Shown piece by piece: positions 45,297 through 55,943 of a stretch of DNA of 64,000 nucleotides. Under the pieces are notes generated by a model. The model made no database searches. It was not told the DNA's origin and saw nothing but the letters and a program-made list of their open reading frames with translations. The translations under genes were made by a program, and so were the position numbers. The DNA is taken from the IMG/VR virus record IMGVR_UViG_3300042402_003388, positions 36,551-100,550 of that record. One strand, 5' to 3'. Within the stretch, counting starts at the first letter, position 1. Every line of letters starts with the position of its first letter. The DNA comes from a virus.

Positions 45297-46895
45297 ATGT
45301 GTAATACTTGTAAATCAAAAAATTTAATCACTGAAGAAGAAAGATTAAGTATTCTTAGCAAATATAATTTAATAGAACAAAAATCAACAACACCTTCAGG
45401 TACCGTACCAAAAGGATTTACTGCGGATGCCAATGGAAGATTTGTTAGTCCATTTATAACTAACTTATACGCACCAGGGTTTTACACCCTTGAGGACCAC
45501 GAATGGAAGGGTAAATCATATTCTAATAAAGGTAAATTAAACCCATATATTCTGGCTGCTAAAGAATTCTTAAAAACTAATAAAGGATTAATACCAAGAA
45601 TTTATGTTAGTGCTGGGGAATCAATTATACCAAATTACGATAATGAAGGTAAATTAGGTGGTGGTAAGTTAAAAGAAGGGGACTTGTCTAAAGCTAGGTC
45701 AAACAATATTCAAGCCTATTTTTTAAAAGAAATACAAAGTTTAATTGACGGTAAATTTGTATCTAGAAAACCTGATGAAATTAGATTAGATACTATTACA
45801 GGTAAAACTCAGAAAAAAGAACCAAGTGGTGGTTGGGATTCTTATCGTGCTTGGGTTAAGGCGGGTGCCGACCCTAACGCAAATCCTGAATACGCACAAT
45901 TAAAGCAAGGTTACGACAATGACCAATTTACTCAGATAAGATTTGTAATTGAACCTGATTTAGGAGTAAACCAATGTTTATTTAATTTAAAACTTAAGAT
46001 TAATTATGATATGGATGGTGGTCACAATTGTAATGCGGCATTATTTGAAGTGACCGCAAATGGTACAAGAATTACGACACAAGCTGGTGGTGACTGTAAT
46101 ATGAATAATAATGGTTATAGTAAAGTTTTAGACCCTACAGGTTATAATGACCCCACTAAAGTTGGTGGATTTAGATATAACACATTAATATTGAAAGATA
46201 AGGCAACTGTCGATAAAATAATTAATGCCAATCCTAAGAAAGAAATTTCAATTAGATTAAGATGTTTAACACCTCCAGGTGAGGATAGAGGTTGGGGTGC
46301 GGGTAAATGTCATACATCAGTACCTCACGTAAGTGTATATAATAGTGATAACCAAGTGGTGGTAGAACCTTTCTTCCCAAATGTTGCTGAAGGAGAAATA
46401 TGTGTGTTAGACAAGTGTGGTAATCTACTTAGAGGTGGTGGAGGTTCTGCATCAACAACAGGTGATAAAAACGGTAATACTGCGATTGACGTACCAGCGA
46501 CTTTCACAGGGACAAGTCAAGATTACGCAAATTCTTTAATTAAATCTAAGACGATTATATTAAATGCCGATAAAAAATCGTATAACGTTTTAATCGATTT
46601 TAAATCAGGTAAAAATTCCGCTCAACAGATTAAAAAAGGAAGTAATATTACCTTCAATCAAAAGGCTGCTACACCTGCAACTACTACAACAACTAAAGTT
46701 ACGGTACCAACAGGTACAACACCAATTTTAGTTAAAGTAATTAATAATGATACTGTTGCTACTGCGGGTAAAAAATTCGTGGATAATAAGTTCGCATCTG
46801 CGACTACAACTCCTGATGTTTATAAAATACTTAAAACTACGGGGTATAATACTAAGACATATACCGCAGGTCAGTTTATCAAACTAGTCCCTTAA
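45297..46895 (+). CDS. hypothetical virion-associated protein
   Basis: ATG 45297 after TATTTAT; LITEEERLSILSKY N-terminus. Confidence 0.7.
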   Translation: MCNTCKSKNLITEEERLSILSKYNLIEQKSTTPSGTVPKGFTADANGRFVSPFITNLYAPGFYTLEDHEWKGKSYSNKGKLNPYILAAKEFLKTNKGLIPRIYVSAGESIIPNYDNEGKLGGGKLKEGDLSKARSNNIQAYFLKEIQSLIDGKFVSRKPDEIRLDTITGKTQKKEPSGGWDSYRAWVKAGADPNANPEYAQLKQGYDNDQFTQIRFVIEPDLGVNQCLFNLKLKINYDMDGGHNCNAALFEVTANGTRITTQAGGDCNMNNNGYSKVLDPTGYNDPTKVGGFRYNTLILKDKATVDKIINANPKKEISIRLRCLTPPGEDRGWGAGKCHTSVPHVSVYNSDNQVVVEPFFPNVAEGEICVLDKCGNLLRGGGGSASTTGDKNGNTAIDVPATFTGTSQDYANSLIKSKTIILNADKKSYNVLIDFKSGKNSAQQIKKGSNITFNQKAATPATTTTTKVTVPTGTTPILVKVINNDTVATAGKKFVDNKFASATTTPDVYKILKTTGYNTKTYTAGQFIKLVP

Positions 46896-47289
46896 TTTGG
46901 TTGTCTAACGAATCAATAACCATTTTACCTGTTTTATAATTAGTTGCTAACGGTACGTCGTGAACGTTACAAATTCTTAGTAACATATTAACATCTACTT
47001 GATGGGGATGAGCCTCCAATGGGTCTATGAAGAATATAACGGCATCTATTTGATTTTTAGTAATCATTGATGCTATTTGAGCGTCACCCCCCATAGGTCC
47101 ACTTAACATTGTATGTACATTAGTTAACCCTGCGTGGATTAAATGTTTACCTGTGGTTCCCGTGGCAATAACATCAACATTATTTGACTTAAAGAATTCA
47201 AGACGTTTCATTGCAAAAGAAACCATATCGGCTTTCTTACCATCGTGGGCAATCATTGCGATTTTAATTGTTTTCTTCAGTAGTTGCAT
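46879..47289 (-). CDS. mgsA: methylglyoxal synthase
   Basis: IAHDGKK, ATGTTG, SGPMGGDAQI, DPLEAHPHQVDV, PLATN. Confidence 0.95.
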   Translation of the reverse strand: MQLLKKTIKIAMIAHDGKKADMVSFAMKRLEFFKSNNVDVIATGTTGKHLIHAGLTNVHTMLSGPMGGDAQIASMITKNQIDAVIFFIDPLEAHPHQVDVNMLLRICNVHDVPLATNYKTGKMVIDSLDNQIKGLV

Positions 47290-47524
47290 TTTCAGTTTTA
47301 TTTAATTTTGAAATTTTTCTAATAGATTTTGAAATAACCTCAGCTTCTGCGATAGTAAAGGCATTTCTTTGGTACGCGGCTTGTACCCCCTGAACAATAC
47401 AATATAGAGCTTGTTCGTGATTAATACTTGATATAAACTTCTCTAAATCTTCAATACTATAATAATTGATAGTATTGAATAAAGAACCTATAGGTTGATT
47501 TTGATTTAACTCAACGTTTTCCAT
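47264..47524 (-). CDS. hypothetical protein
   Basis: 86-aa ORF. Confidence 0.7.
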   Translation of the reverse strand: MENVELNQNQPIGSLFNTINYYSIEDLEKFISSINHEQALYCIVQGVQAAYQRNAFTIAEAEVISKSIRKISKLNKTENATTEENN

Positions 47525-47566
47525 TTAATTGATATTTATTGATAATAGTAATAAAAAAAATTGTAA

Positions 47567-48286
47567 ATGTATAGAGACAGGTTAGAGGAAAATGTGAGAG
47601 ATTGGTATTATAAAAAACCAATCAGAGAAGCCACAGGAGATTCTGGAGGGGGTAGAGGGTCATATATTGGGCCTTTAGTACCTGGCGTTCGTAAATTTGA
47701 CAAAACTTCCATACAACCATTTACAGTCCCTGTGTCAAAATATAACGACGCAATGTTGGAGTATGATAGTTACGATGGTTCTATGGATGAGACTAAAAAA
47801 CAAATTAAAAAAATAGAAGGTACTGCTAAAAGAATTACCAATTATTTAAAAAAACATCCTAATCTAACTACAAGTGATGAAGATGGTAATAACATTAATC
47901 AAACACCTGGTCGAAAATTAAAAACCGTTCCGATTAAAGAAGGAGATACTTCAGTAACTGCGGGTATATATAATGGACCCATAGAACTTGGTCTAAAAAA
48001 ATGGAAAAAGGAACACTTAGGTCCTTTTGAAGAATTTGTCGATACAGAATTTAATCACAAGAAAAAGCAAAAAACTTTAAAAAATAATATTAAACGTACT
48101 GTTGGTGTTTGGGAGAAAAACCCTAAGGATGGTTATGAAATGGATGGATACGATGTTCATACAGTTAATGAATGGGTTGAAATTACCGAATCAACAAGTA
48201 TGAAAGATTTAGGTTATACTAATAAGGACCAACAACTGTACGAAACATTATATCGTAGATTATCTAAAAAATTGAAGGGGATTTAA
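47567..48286 (+). CDS. hypothetical late protein
   Basis: 239-aa ORF with an internal degenerate repeat (GxYxGP). Confidence 0.7.
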   Translation: MYRDRLEENVRDWYYKKPIREATGDSGGGRGSYIGPLVPGVRKFDKTSIQPFTVPVSKYNDAMLEYDSYDGSMDETKKQIKKIEGTAKRITNYLKKHPNLTTSDEDGNNINQTPGRKLKTVPIKEGDTSVTAGIYNGPIELGLKKWKKEHLGPFEEFVDTEFNHKKKQKTLKNNIKRTVGVWEKNPKDGYEMDGYDVHTVNEWVEITESTSMKDLGYTNKDQQLYETLYRRLSKKLKGI

Positions 48287-48733
48287 CCTTGATATTAATT
48301 TTAATGGTCTTACCACTAATGTTATAAATAAAAAATGAGTAAATGGGAGTTTAACGTTTAATATTTTTCTAACTTTAATTTCATAATCACCACCAAAGTT
48401 TTTTTTTAAAATAAAGTATCGATGATGACCATCACCAATAAGGTTATCGGATGTTACGGTTATCATTCCTTTAGTATAATCAAAACCATTCTCTAAAATA
48501 TCCACCTCTATTTTTTTATGTCTTTTAGACATTGATGGGGACTTTAACTGTCCTTTTAAATCTGATAATCTAACATTCTCCTCAACAACCTTATAACACC
48601 ATAAATTAAAACAAAACATACCTGATATTTGTTCATAGTATTTGTAATAACCCTCATCAATTACCATAGGGATTGATAATTCTCTTTTATTTTTTAAAAC
48701 AATTTTAAGTATGTCAATTTTATTTAAAGACAT
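48260..48733 (-). CDS. ParB/Srx-like N-terminal domain protein
   Basis: LIGDGHHR. Confidence 0.65.
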   Translation of the reverse strand: MSLNKIDILKIVLKNKRELSIPMVIDEGYYKYYEQISGMFCFNLWCYKVVEENVRLSDLKGQLKSPSMSKRHKKIEVDILENGFDYTKGMITVTSDNLIGDGHHRYFILKKNFGGDYEIKVRKILNVKLPFTHFLFITLVVRPLKLISRLNPLQFFR

Positions 48734-49169
48734 TAATTAACGATTTAAATACTAAGTTTATAAATTTAAGAGGTACAATATATAGTAAATAAAAATATAG
48801 ACTAACCATTATCTCACCACTATAAAAGTTAGTTAAACGTTTAATCATTATCTTACTATTTGGGTGATAATTTTCTGACAATGAAACAAATCTATGATTA
48901 CCATCAATAATGTCACCGTCATTGGTTAATATGATATAACCCTTGGTGTAATCATAACCCGAGGTCTTAATGTCCTCTCTCATACTATTTTGTTTCTTAG
49001 TCCAAAATAATTTACGATTTCTATGTTCTATATTTGATAGAGTAATAACTTCGTCCTTACATTTATAACACCAAAAATCATTGCACAAAATACCCTCAGA
49101 TGGTGAATACCAATCTGCATCGTCAGGTAATCTATTTAAAACTTCTTTATATATCTCCGCTCTTGTCAT
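48720..49169 (-). CDS. ParB/Srx-like domain protein, paralog of neighbour
   Basis: IIDGNHR; shared WCYK and GxDYTKG. Confidence 0.65.
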   Translation of the reverse strand: MTRAEIYKEVLNRLPDDADWYSPSEGILCNDFWCYKCKDEVITLSNIEHRNRKLFWTKKQNSMREDIKTSGYDYTKGYIILTNDGDIIDGNHRFVSLSENYHPNSKIMIKRLTNFYSGEIMVSLYFYLLYIVPLKFINLVFKSLINVFK

Positions 49170-49584
49170 TTTTTAAGTCTTCACTAATCAAATTTAGATT
49201 GTCTAAAGTTCTTTTATCGTATTTTTCTTCCATTTGTTTTCTACGAACTTCAACATTACGATAAAAGATATCCTTAAGTTTGTCAATATGACTACTGGGT
49301 AACCATATATAATAGGAGTATTTACCGTTTGTTATGGTAACTGCCGAGTCCCCAAATCTAATGAAATAATGTCTCCATTCGATGTAGCATATACTCGAAA
49401 TTGGTGCAATTAGTAATGTTGCATCTTTTTTTGTTATCATTTGACGAACATTGAATATTGTTCGTATTTGAATTTCGTCAAGTCCTTTATAGTTCGAATC
49501 CTCTAAATTTCCTGAAATTTTTTTAAAAATTTTTCGAAGAAATACTCTAAACCTTCTTCTTTCACGCTTTGTCAGTAGTAACAT
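49147..49584 (-). CDS. hypothetical protein
   Basis: Likely start MLLLTK at 49584. Confidence 0.65.
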   Translation of the reverse strand: MLLLTKRERRRFRVFLRKIFKKISGNLEDSNYKGLDEIQIRTIFNVRQMITKKDATLLIAPISSICYIEWRHYFIRFGDSAVTITNGKYSYYIWLPSSHIDKLKDIFYRNVEVRRKQMEEKYDKRTLDNLNLISEDLKNDKSGDI

Positions 49585-49720
49585 TTCACTATGTGTATTT
49601 GTTTTTAATAATTGAAATATATAACTTTTTTTGTAAGAAAACAATATTTTAAAAATATATTTCAAAAACGTTGATTAACATAAAATATGTTCGTATACTT
49701 AATTAAATAAAAAACATACT

Positions 49721-50170
49721 ATGCAAAAAATTAAAAACGGAGACACTGTTAGTGTAAACTATACAGGGAAATTAGAAGATGGTACCGTATTCGATACTTC
49801 ATTAGCCGAAGGAAGACAACCATTAAATGCCAAATTAGGTCAAGGTCAGTTAATCCCTGGGTTTGAGAAAGGATTAATTGATATGTCGGTAGGTGAAACT
49901 AAGACTGTTGAAATTGAACATACTGAAGCATACGGAGAAATTATTCAAGAAATGATTATCGAAGTTGCTAAAAACCAAGTTCCTGAAAATATTGAAGTTG
50001 GTCATATGTTACAAGGTAGCGGTCCTATGGGTCCTGTCAATGTAAAAGTAGTTGAGATTAAAGAAGATACTGTTGTTATTGATGGAAATCATCCATTGGC
50101 AGGAAAAAAATTAATCTTTGAATTAGAAGTTGTGGGTATTGAACCATCGACTGAGACTGAAACTAACTAA
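49721..50170 (+). CDS. FKBP-type peptidyl-prolyl isomerase (SlyD/SlpA-like)
   Basis: YTGKLEDGTVFD, LIPGFE, DGNHPLAGKKLIFELEV. Confidence 0.95.
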   Translation: MQKIKNGDTVSVNYTGKLEDGTVFDTSLAEGRQPLNAKLGQGQLIPGFEKGLIDMSVGETKTVEIEHTEAYGEIIQEMIIEVAKNQVPENIEVGHMLQGSGPMGPVNVKVVEIKEDTVVIDGNHPLAGKKLIFELEVVGIEPSTETETN

Positions 50171-50206
50171 AACAAAAAACCCTCATTACTGAGGGTTTTT
50201 TTATTT

Positions 50207-50707
50207 TTAACAATATGGGGAAGAACATCGTTTGTTCCCTGAAGCGTCAGGTTGTTTACCTTTACATACTTGAACCGCATAACCGTTAGCGTATGCTGAC
50301 GGATAAACATCAAACTTAGCCTTAGCTGCGGCTTTACCACGAGCACACAATTTAGTACCTGATTTCTTTTTACCTTCACCCATAACTAATATATCGTTTT
50401 TTGGTGCGGTACCTAATTCATCCCCCATCTTATGAAAGCTTTTAGTTTCATTCATTAAAAAATCAAAAACTTGGTCAATAGATTCTTTGGCGGTTGCAAT
50501 ATGGTCCTGAGCCCAATCGTGACCATTCTCAAGAATTTCTTCAACTTGGTCGTGATTAAGGTCTAATAACAAACCCATTTGTCTTTGAATTTGTTCAATA
50601 TTACTAAAGAACATATATCTTTGAGATTTTTGTTCTTCGTCCTCTTTAATAACTCTTTGGATTAATCTATGTATATCTTTTTCGGTTAGTTTTACTACTT
50701 TACTCAT
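50207..50707 (-). CDS. hypothetical virion-associated protein
   Basis: KVVKLTEKDIHRLIQRVIKE N-terminus; YPSAYAN. Confidence 0.7.
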   Translation of the reverse strand: MSKVVKLTEKDIHRLIQRVIKEDEEQKSQRYMFFSNIEQIQRQMGLLLDLNHDQVEEILENGHDWAQDHIATAKESIDQVFDFLMNETKSFHKMGDELGTAPKNDILVMGEGKKKSGTKLCARGKAAAKAKFDVYPSAYANGYAVQVCKGKQPDASGNKRCSSPYC

Positions 50708-50708
50708 A

Positions 50709-52268
50709 TTATTTTTTATTAACTATTAAGAATTTTATTGTTCTTTTATAAGTATCTACTTCTCCACTACTTTTGACTTTAATGTCGATATAATACTCAT
50801 TAGGTATTTTGTCTCTTGTGTCAAAAATAAAATAATACTCATTTGAGGTTCTATTTATTTTTGTCCAATCTTGAACTTGAACTTCAGTCATCCCCTCTCT
50901 TACATAAACTCGATAACTAGCATCCACATTTTGTAACAATTGTTTAGTCGTGTAAGCTTTTTTAATAACGACCCCAACTTTTCTAACGTCAGTATTTAAT
51001 ATTTTTTCATCTTGTTTTATACCATAAAAATCAAAACCATATAAATCAGGTTCTTTAGATTGAACACCGATTGATACTCTATTTTTATAAGGTTGTAAAA
51101 CAAAATCATTTTCAATATCAGGTAAAGAATCTCCATTGTAAACAATGTTCCCCCATACATCACTAAATTGACAAGGTGTTGGGTATCCACTTATTGGTGG
51201 GATTGTTACCTCATATACCCCTTTAGTTCTTGAACAAGTCGGTAAGTTAATTAACGAAGGTATTACATCACCATTAGGGTCTAAAATTGTTACGGTAGGA
51301 TTTGAATCTAATGTCACTAAGTCACCATCAACATAAGCAAACATATAAAGTTTATTTGTAATTTTTTCAACAAACAAATTTCTATCGTCCTGAATTAAAT
51401 CATTATATGTGGTTAATAAGTATGGTTCGTAAAATGTTTGGGTATGTCTTGTAAAAAACGATACTGAATAATTTGAGGTTAAACCCGTGATTAGTTCAAA
51501 TTCAGGTCGGTAGGCAATTCCCCATCCTGTGACGTTAGTGATGGTACCATTAATAATACCATTAATCTCGTTAGTCATATCAAAATTAATGTCCTCATTC
51601 CCTTTTTCAAAATGTTGTATGTCTACGACTACTAAATCATTATAATTAACATATGTCGAAGTGTTAGTGTTGGAGTACATTCCTGGCTCTGACCAATAAT
51701 CTAAATTACTGGTTTCAAACCAATTTGAAGGTCTTTTTGAAAAGGCATTATCAATTAATGGTTGACTATAAATTGCAACACCTGTCGGTGTATTTATGGG
51801 TGAATTTGAATTATTGAAATCATAACCAACCCCCTCATCCCAATACTGAGGATATGGTACACATTGTTGTGTTGTAGTTGTTGTGGTTGTTGATGTAGTA
51901 TTACCTGTCGGAGTGTGAGTGTAACAAGTTTGAGGTATTCTAAATAAAATTAAATCAAATGAACTAGCTCTTCTTCTTTCGTCGGAATTATACGTATTTA
52001 ATAAATCCTCATCAAATCTTATGGTGTTTGTCATTGTTAGATTATGTGACATATTATCCACACAATCTAAAGTTATTGTCCCATCTAAGATTTTATTTAA
52101 AAGTGGTTCTAAATTTAAGTTAAAGATAAATCTTGTGTACCCAAAAGGTGCGGTTGTATCTTTAGCAGACCCAAAATATAAATCAGTTACGGGGTTTCTA
52201 CCTGTATTAGCGTATGAATCACTAATGATAGTGTTGTTTTTATTAAAGTATGACCTATGTGTTGACAT
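50709..52268 (-). CDS. structural (baseplate/tail-like) protein
   Basis: WDEGVGYD, FYEPYL; late motif upstream. Confidence 0.6.
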   Translation of the reverse strand: MSTHRSYFNKNNTIISDSYANTGRNPVTDLYFGSAKDTTAPFGYTRFIFNLNLEPLLNKILDGTITLDCVDNMSHNLTMTNTIRFDEDLLNTYNSDERRRASSFDLILFRIPQTCYTHTPTGNTTSTTTTTTTQQCVPYPQYWDEGVGYDFNNSNSPINTPTGVAIYSQPLIDNAFSKRPSNWFETSNLDYWSEPGMYSNTNTSTYVNYNDLVVVDIQHFEKGNEDINFDMTNEINGIINGTITNVTGWGIAYRPEFELITGLTSNYSVSFFTRHTQTFYEPYLLTTYNDLIQDDRNLFVEKITNKLYMFAYVDGDLVTLDSNPTVTILDPNGDVIPSLINLPTCSRTKGVYEVTIPPISGYPTPCQFSDVWGNIVYNGDSLPDIENDFVLQPYKNRVSIGVQSKEPDLYGFDFYGIKQDEKILNTDVRKVGVVIKKAYTTKQLLQNVDASYRVYVREGMTEVQVQDWTKINRTSNEYYFIFDTRDKIPNEYYIDIKVKSSGEVDTYKRTIKFLIVNKK

Positions 52269-52297
52269 TAATTCTTTTACCTATAAATATCAAAGAA

Positions 52298-53845
52298 TTA
52301 ATTAATTCTGATATTTTGATTAAGAATTATCTCAGGAGCGGTCGCTAATTTTTGAAAGATGTCGGAAATGTTAGTACCGTCCTGTGAAACAGGTACTGGT
52401 GGCATACCGTGAAATGCGTGTACGTGAGATGATAAGAACCTAACTACTAAGTTCATAAACTTCATTAATTCATCACCTCTAACCATTGCATCGGTATTTG
52501 GAAGTACATTAGAGATTAGATAATTTTGTTCTATACCGTATATAGTTGTTTCATCTAAAACAATTTGTTCTTTACCCGTAATTCTACTTTCGTGAGAAAG
52601 AAATAACAATTTATCCGCACCTGTTATATTATAAGTGATTGGGGCATCGTTCTTAATCTCTTTTTGTTTTTGAACATCTTTAACAAGTTCAAATTGTTGA
52701 CCTATCTTATCTTTTGAATATATAAGACCAGTACCGTTCTTTAAGGCTTTATAATCAATCGCTAACGCAATTGCGGTAATATTTGAGAACTCAACACCTG
52801 ATGATGGGGATTCCATATATTTTAAAGTTTCGGGTGAAGGTCTTAAAAATAAAGGAAATTGATTTTCTAATTTAGTTATTGGGTAAGGTGGTATGTTAAT
52901 TTCACCATCATTACATTGACCAATGAACTTAATAATTTTTTGGGTTAAATCAAAAACTCCTTCTGCCGAAAACTGCATTCTGAAAAATAGGGACTTATCG
53001 TCATCCAATACCTCGGTATCTATTGTCATATTTTGAGTATTGTATTCTTTTTTTCCTTTTTCAGGTAATCGATAAAGACTAACTATGTAATTAAACTTAT
53101 TCTGTGCGTTTTCAGGATTTGTAATATTCCACTCAATAAGTGTCTTAGTAAATGAAACACTTTCTTGAAATCTCGTTGATTCTGAATTAGGTAGTGCAAC
53201 TTCTCTTTGATTAAAATCAGATAACTGTATAAAACTTCTAGTTGGTTTTGCGTTAATTTCCTTATTTGGATTATCGGGCATTGTTGTACTCTTACCCGCT
53301 CTAAGTAAAACGTGTCGGTCTTTAATTACGATGTCTGTAGTTCCCCTACCCATCAGTCCAATATCTTCAGGTTCAATGAATACGCCTTTAGTTTTGGTAA
53401 TATAGTATTCGTTGTTTAACGGGTTTTTTAATAATTTAGGGGACTCAAGTCTGTTCTTAGATGCGAACATTCTTTGGGCGTTAAAATTTTCATTATAAAC
53501 AGTTAACGGAGACGTAACAGAACCTTGTATATAATATTGTTCGTCATATTGGTATTCGTTATCAGGGAATATAACATTAACCGATTCATTTTTTTTAGGA
53601 GTTACGTTTAAATATAATGGTAATAACGGTAAGCAACAGAATGAGTCAATCTCAGTCCATTTGAATTCAGGTTTTAAATCACCACCTTCTTTAGTCTCTT
53701 TACCATTTTTAGTATTTGGTATCGCGTTTAAAATCGATTCGTTATTTTTAGTTCCGAAATCAACCCTAACTCTATTAAGCATTAACGGGTCATTTACGTC
53801 TTTAACTTTCGCAAACCATAAAATTCTATTTTTATTTAAATCCAT
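52298..53845 (-). CDS. baseplate hub gp5-like protein
   Basis: N-terminal VKDVNDPLMLNRVRV OB-fold motif; C-terminal HVH. Confidence 0.65.
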   Translation of the reverse strand: MDLNKNRILWFAKVKDVNDPLMLNRVRVDFGTKNNESILNAIPNTKNGKETKEGGDLKPEFKWTEIDSFCCLPLLPLYLNVTPKKNESVNVIFPDNEYQYDEQYYIQGSVTSPLTVYNENFNAQRMFASKNRLESPKLLKNPLNNEYYITKTKGVFIEPEDIGLMGRGTTDIVIKDRHVLLRAGKSTTMPDNPNKEINAKPTRSFIQLSDFNQREVALPNSESTRFQESVSFTKTLIEWNITNPENAQNKFNYIVSLYRLPEKGKKEYNTQNMTIDTEVLDDDKSLFFRMQFSAEGVFDLTQKIIKFIGQCNDGEINIPPYPITKLENQFPLFLRPSPETLKYMESPSSGVEFSNITAIALAIDYKALKNGTGLIYSKDKIGQQFELVKDVQKQKEIKNDAPITYNITGADKLLFLSHESRITGKEQIVLDETTIYGIEQNYLISNVLPNTDAMVRGDELMKFMNLVVRFLSSHVHAFHGMPPVPVSQDGTNISDIFQKLATAPEIILNQNIRIN

Positions 53846-54041
53846 TGTGTCTCTTTTCGTGTTCTTTTAATACTTTATTATAAACAATTTCAATACTATC
53901 TAAATGTTTTGTCAAGTTTATAATCATATCTTTTGTTTTCTCGTAATCTTCATTAAGAAAATTTAACGCAAATAACAATTCGTTATTTGTACTGTCACTA
54001 ATCTCTTTAACGATGTTATTAACTCTATCCCTACCGTCCAT
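53832..54041 (-). CDS. hypothetical protein
   Basis: 69-aa ORF in operon. Confidence 0.65.
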   Translation of the reverse strand: MDGRDRVNNIVKEISDSTNNELLFALNFLNEDYEKTKDMIINLTKHLDSIEIVYNKVLKEHEKRHNGFK

Positions 54042-54042
54042 A

Positions 54043-55938
54043 TTAGAATGCTTTTCCGTATATATCTGCAGATGGTAATGTACCAGCTGGAGTTACTGTT
54101 AATGGTTTCATAAAGATTTGTACTTTACCATTTTCATCTTGTTCTTGGGCCTGACCTTTGATTTGACCCATCATCGCTTGTAACGCTAAATTAGGACTTC
54201 CGTCAGGCATCGCCCCTGTAGGTAATCCTACTTTTTGCCATTCAGATACACCGTTAATAAACGCTCTTGTTGGGGATGAACCTTGCAACAATTGAGCCGC
54301 TGCCAATAAAGGTGCGGGAATACCCCCACCAAAATTAGGGGTGACTAATGTAAGTAATGCAAGTATTTCGTCGACGACACTCTTACATTTTCTCCAGTCG
54401 TCGACAAATTTGGCAATAATCATTATGAGTTGTATTAGTTTTAAAATCATAACATATTTTTTAAGAACCTTCTCTTTAGCCAAATCTCTAATAATTTGAG
54501 AAATAAGATTCATAATATCTTTTTTGATGATTTCAAAAAGTTCCTGAACAAATAAAGAACCTATTTTAGACATAATATTTATACAATATTTTTTAAATGC
54601 CTTCATAAAGTCCATTAAACTTTCTATAGCGTAACCACTTAACTGACCAATAGCCTTCGCCATAATGTATAGTGGTAATAATACCTTAGGAGATAATAAT
54701 GCCATCATAATCGCCTTAGGTAAATTAGTTAAGAAACTTAAATCAACACTTAAGTTAATGTCCACTGAATTAGGTACTAAAAATTTCCATTTTTCATTAC
54801 CTGTTAAAGTTTCGGTTAATTGTTCTGCTAATGCCTGCTCATCTTCAATCTTTGTTATTTTATTAAACTTTAATAAAGAATTCATTATTGATTGACTATC
54901 GACAGGAAGTTTAACATTCTCACAATCCTCAAACTCAACAACTCCATTTTGTATGTTAGATATAGTGTCATTAATATATCTTAAATCCATATCGGTAAAT
55001 TCAAAGAAAGATTCGTCAATACCGTCTAATTCAGCAACTTTAGAGTTACCACTAATATCAATCTCTCTTGCACTGTCAAAACATAAACCTAAAATTCTTT
55101 GTAGAATTAACATAAATTTATTTTCTTCCTCTAACTGACCAAAACCTACTTTAGCATCAAAAGAAACTGCCCCTGAAATTTGGTCCATTAGTTGTTGAAA
55201 TAAATTACCCGTGTCAATTATTTTTACGGCACGATAATAATCGACAATGAAATTGGCGACTTTATTCATACCAACAGTTTTGTTAACTAAATCTATTTTG
55301 TAAAAATCCCCACTAATACCGTTACCATCTTGTTGAACGTAACTAATGTCAAATAGTTTTTGACCCGAACGTCCATAAAATGGTTGAGGTACATTCAAAT
55401 CTTGTAACCTTTCCCATAATTGTCTATTCATTGAATATGGAATTTGATTTGGTGTTGGTGCGACTTTTTCATAAGCAACTGCCGCAGCCTCTTCATCAGG
55501 GTCACGGGTTAATAGACGTTGTAAATCAACACTTTTAACTTTTATATAGATTGTTTGTGCGGAATAGGCTTGTTGTTGGGAACAACCTAAAGCCTTAATA
55601 GTTTCTTTATTAAGGATATCAAAAATTTTAGGTTCTACTCGTAAAGCGGCTTGAATAAATTTAGTCTTAATATAATTCATCGACGAAGAACCAGACCCTC
55701 CATTAAATTGGACCATACTTAACATTTGGTCCATTTGGGTTTTCATCTGTCTTTGAAATCTCTTCTTTTGGTCTTTAACTTTATCAATACTTGAAAGTAC
55801 TTTTTGTTTTGCCTGTTCTAAGTTATCACCAGTGTTTTTTTCTAAATCAATAGACGCCATCTTGGTATCAAGATAGGTTCTTGACGCCTTCATTTTACTC
55901 TCAATACTGGCATAACCACTTTCTAAATCAAATCCCAT
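54043..55938 (-). CDS. hypothetical structural protein
   Basis: 631-aa ORF; GLPTGAMPDGSPN. Confidence 0.7.
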   Translation of the reverse strand: MGFDLESGYASIESKMKASRTYLDTKMASIDLEKNTGDNLEQAKQKVLSSIDKVKDQKKRFQRQMKTQMDQMLSMVQFNGGSGSSSMNYIKTKFIQAALRVEPKIFDILNKETIKALGCSQQQAYSAQTIYIKVKSVDLQRLLTRDPDEEAAAVAYEKVAPTPNQIPYSMNRQLWERLQDLNVPQPFYGRSGQKLFDISYVQQDGNGISGDFYKIDLVNKTVGMNKVANFIVDYYRAVKIIDTGNLFQQLMDQISGAVSFDAKVGFGQLEEENKFMLILQRILGLCFDSAREIDISGNSKVAELDGIDESFFEFTDMDLRYINDTISNIQNGVVEFEDCENVKLPVDSQSIMNSLLKFNKITKIEDEQALAEQLTETLTGNEKWKFLVPNSVDINLSVDLSFLTNLPKAIMMALLSPKVLLPLYIMAKAIGQLSGYAIESLMDFMKAFKKYCINIMSKIGSLFVQELFEIIKKDIMNLISQIIRDLAKEKVLKKYVMILKLIQLIMIIAKFVDDWRKCKSVVDEILALLTLVTPNFGGGIPAPLLAAAQLLQGSSPTRAFINGVSEWQKVGLPTGAMPDGSPNLALQAMMGQIKGQAQEQDENGKVQIFMKPLTVTPAGTLPSADIYGKAF

Positions 55939-55943
55939 CGTTA

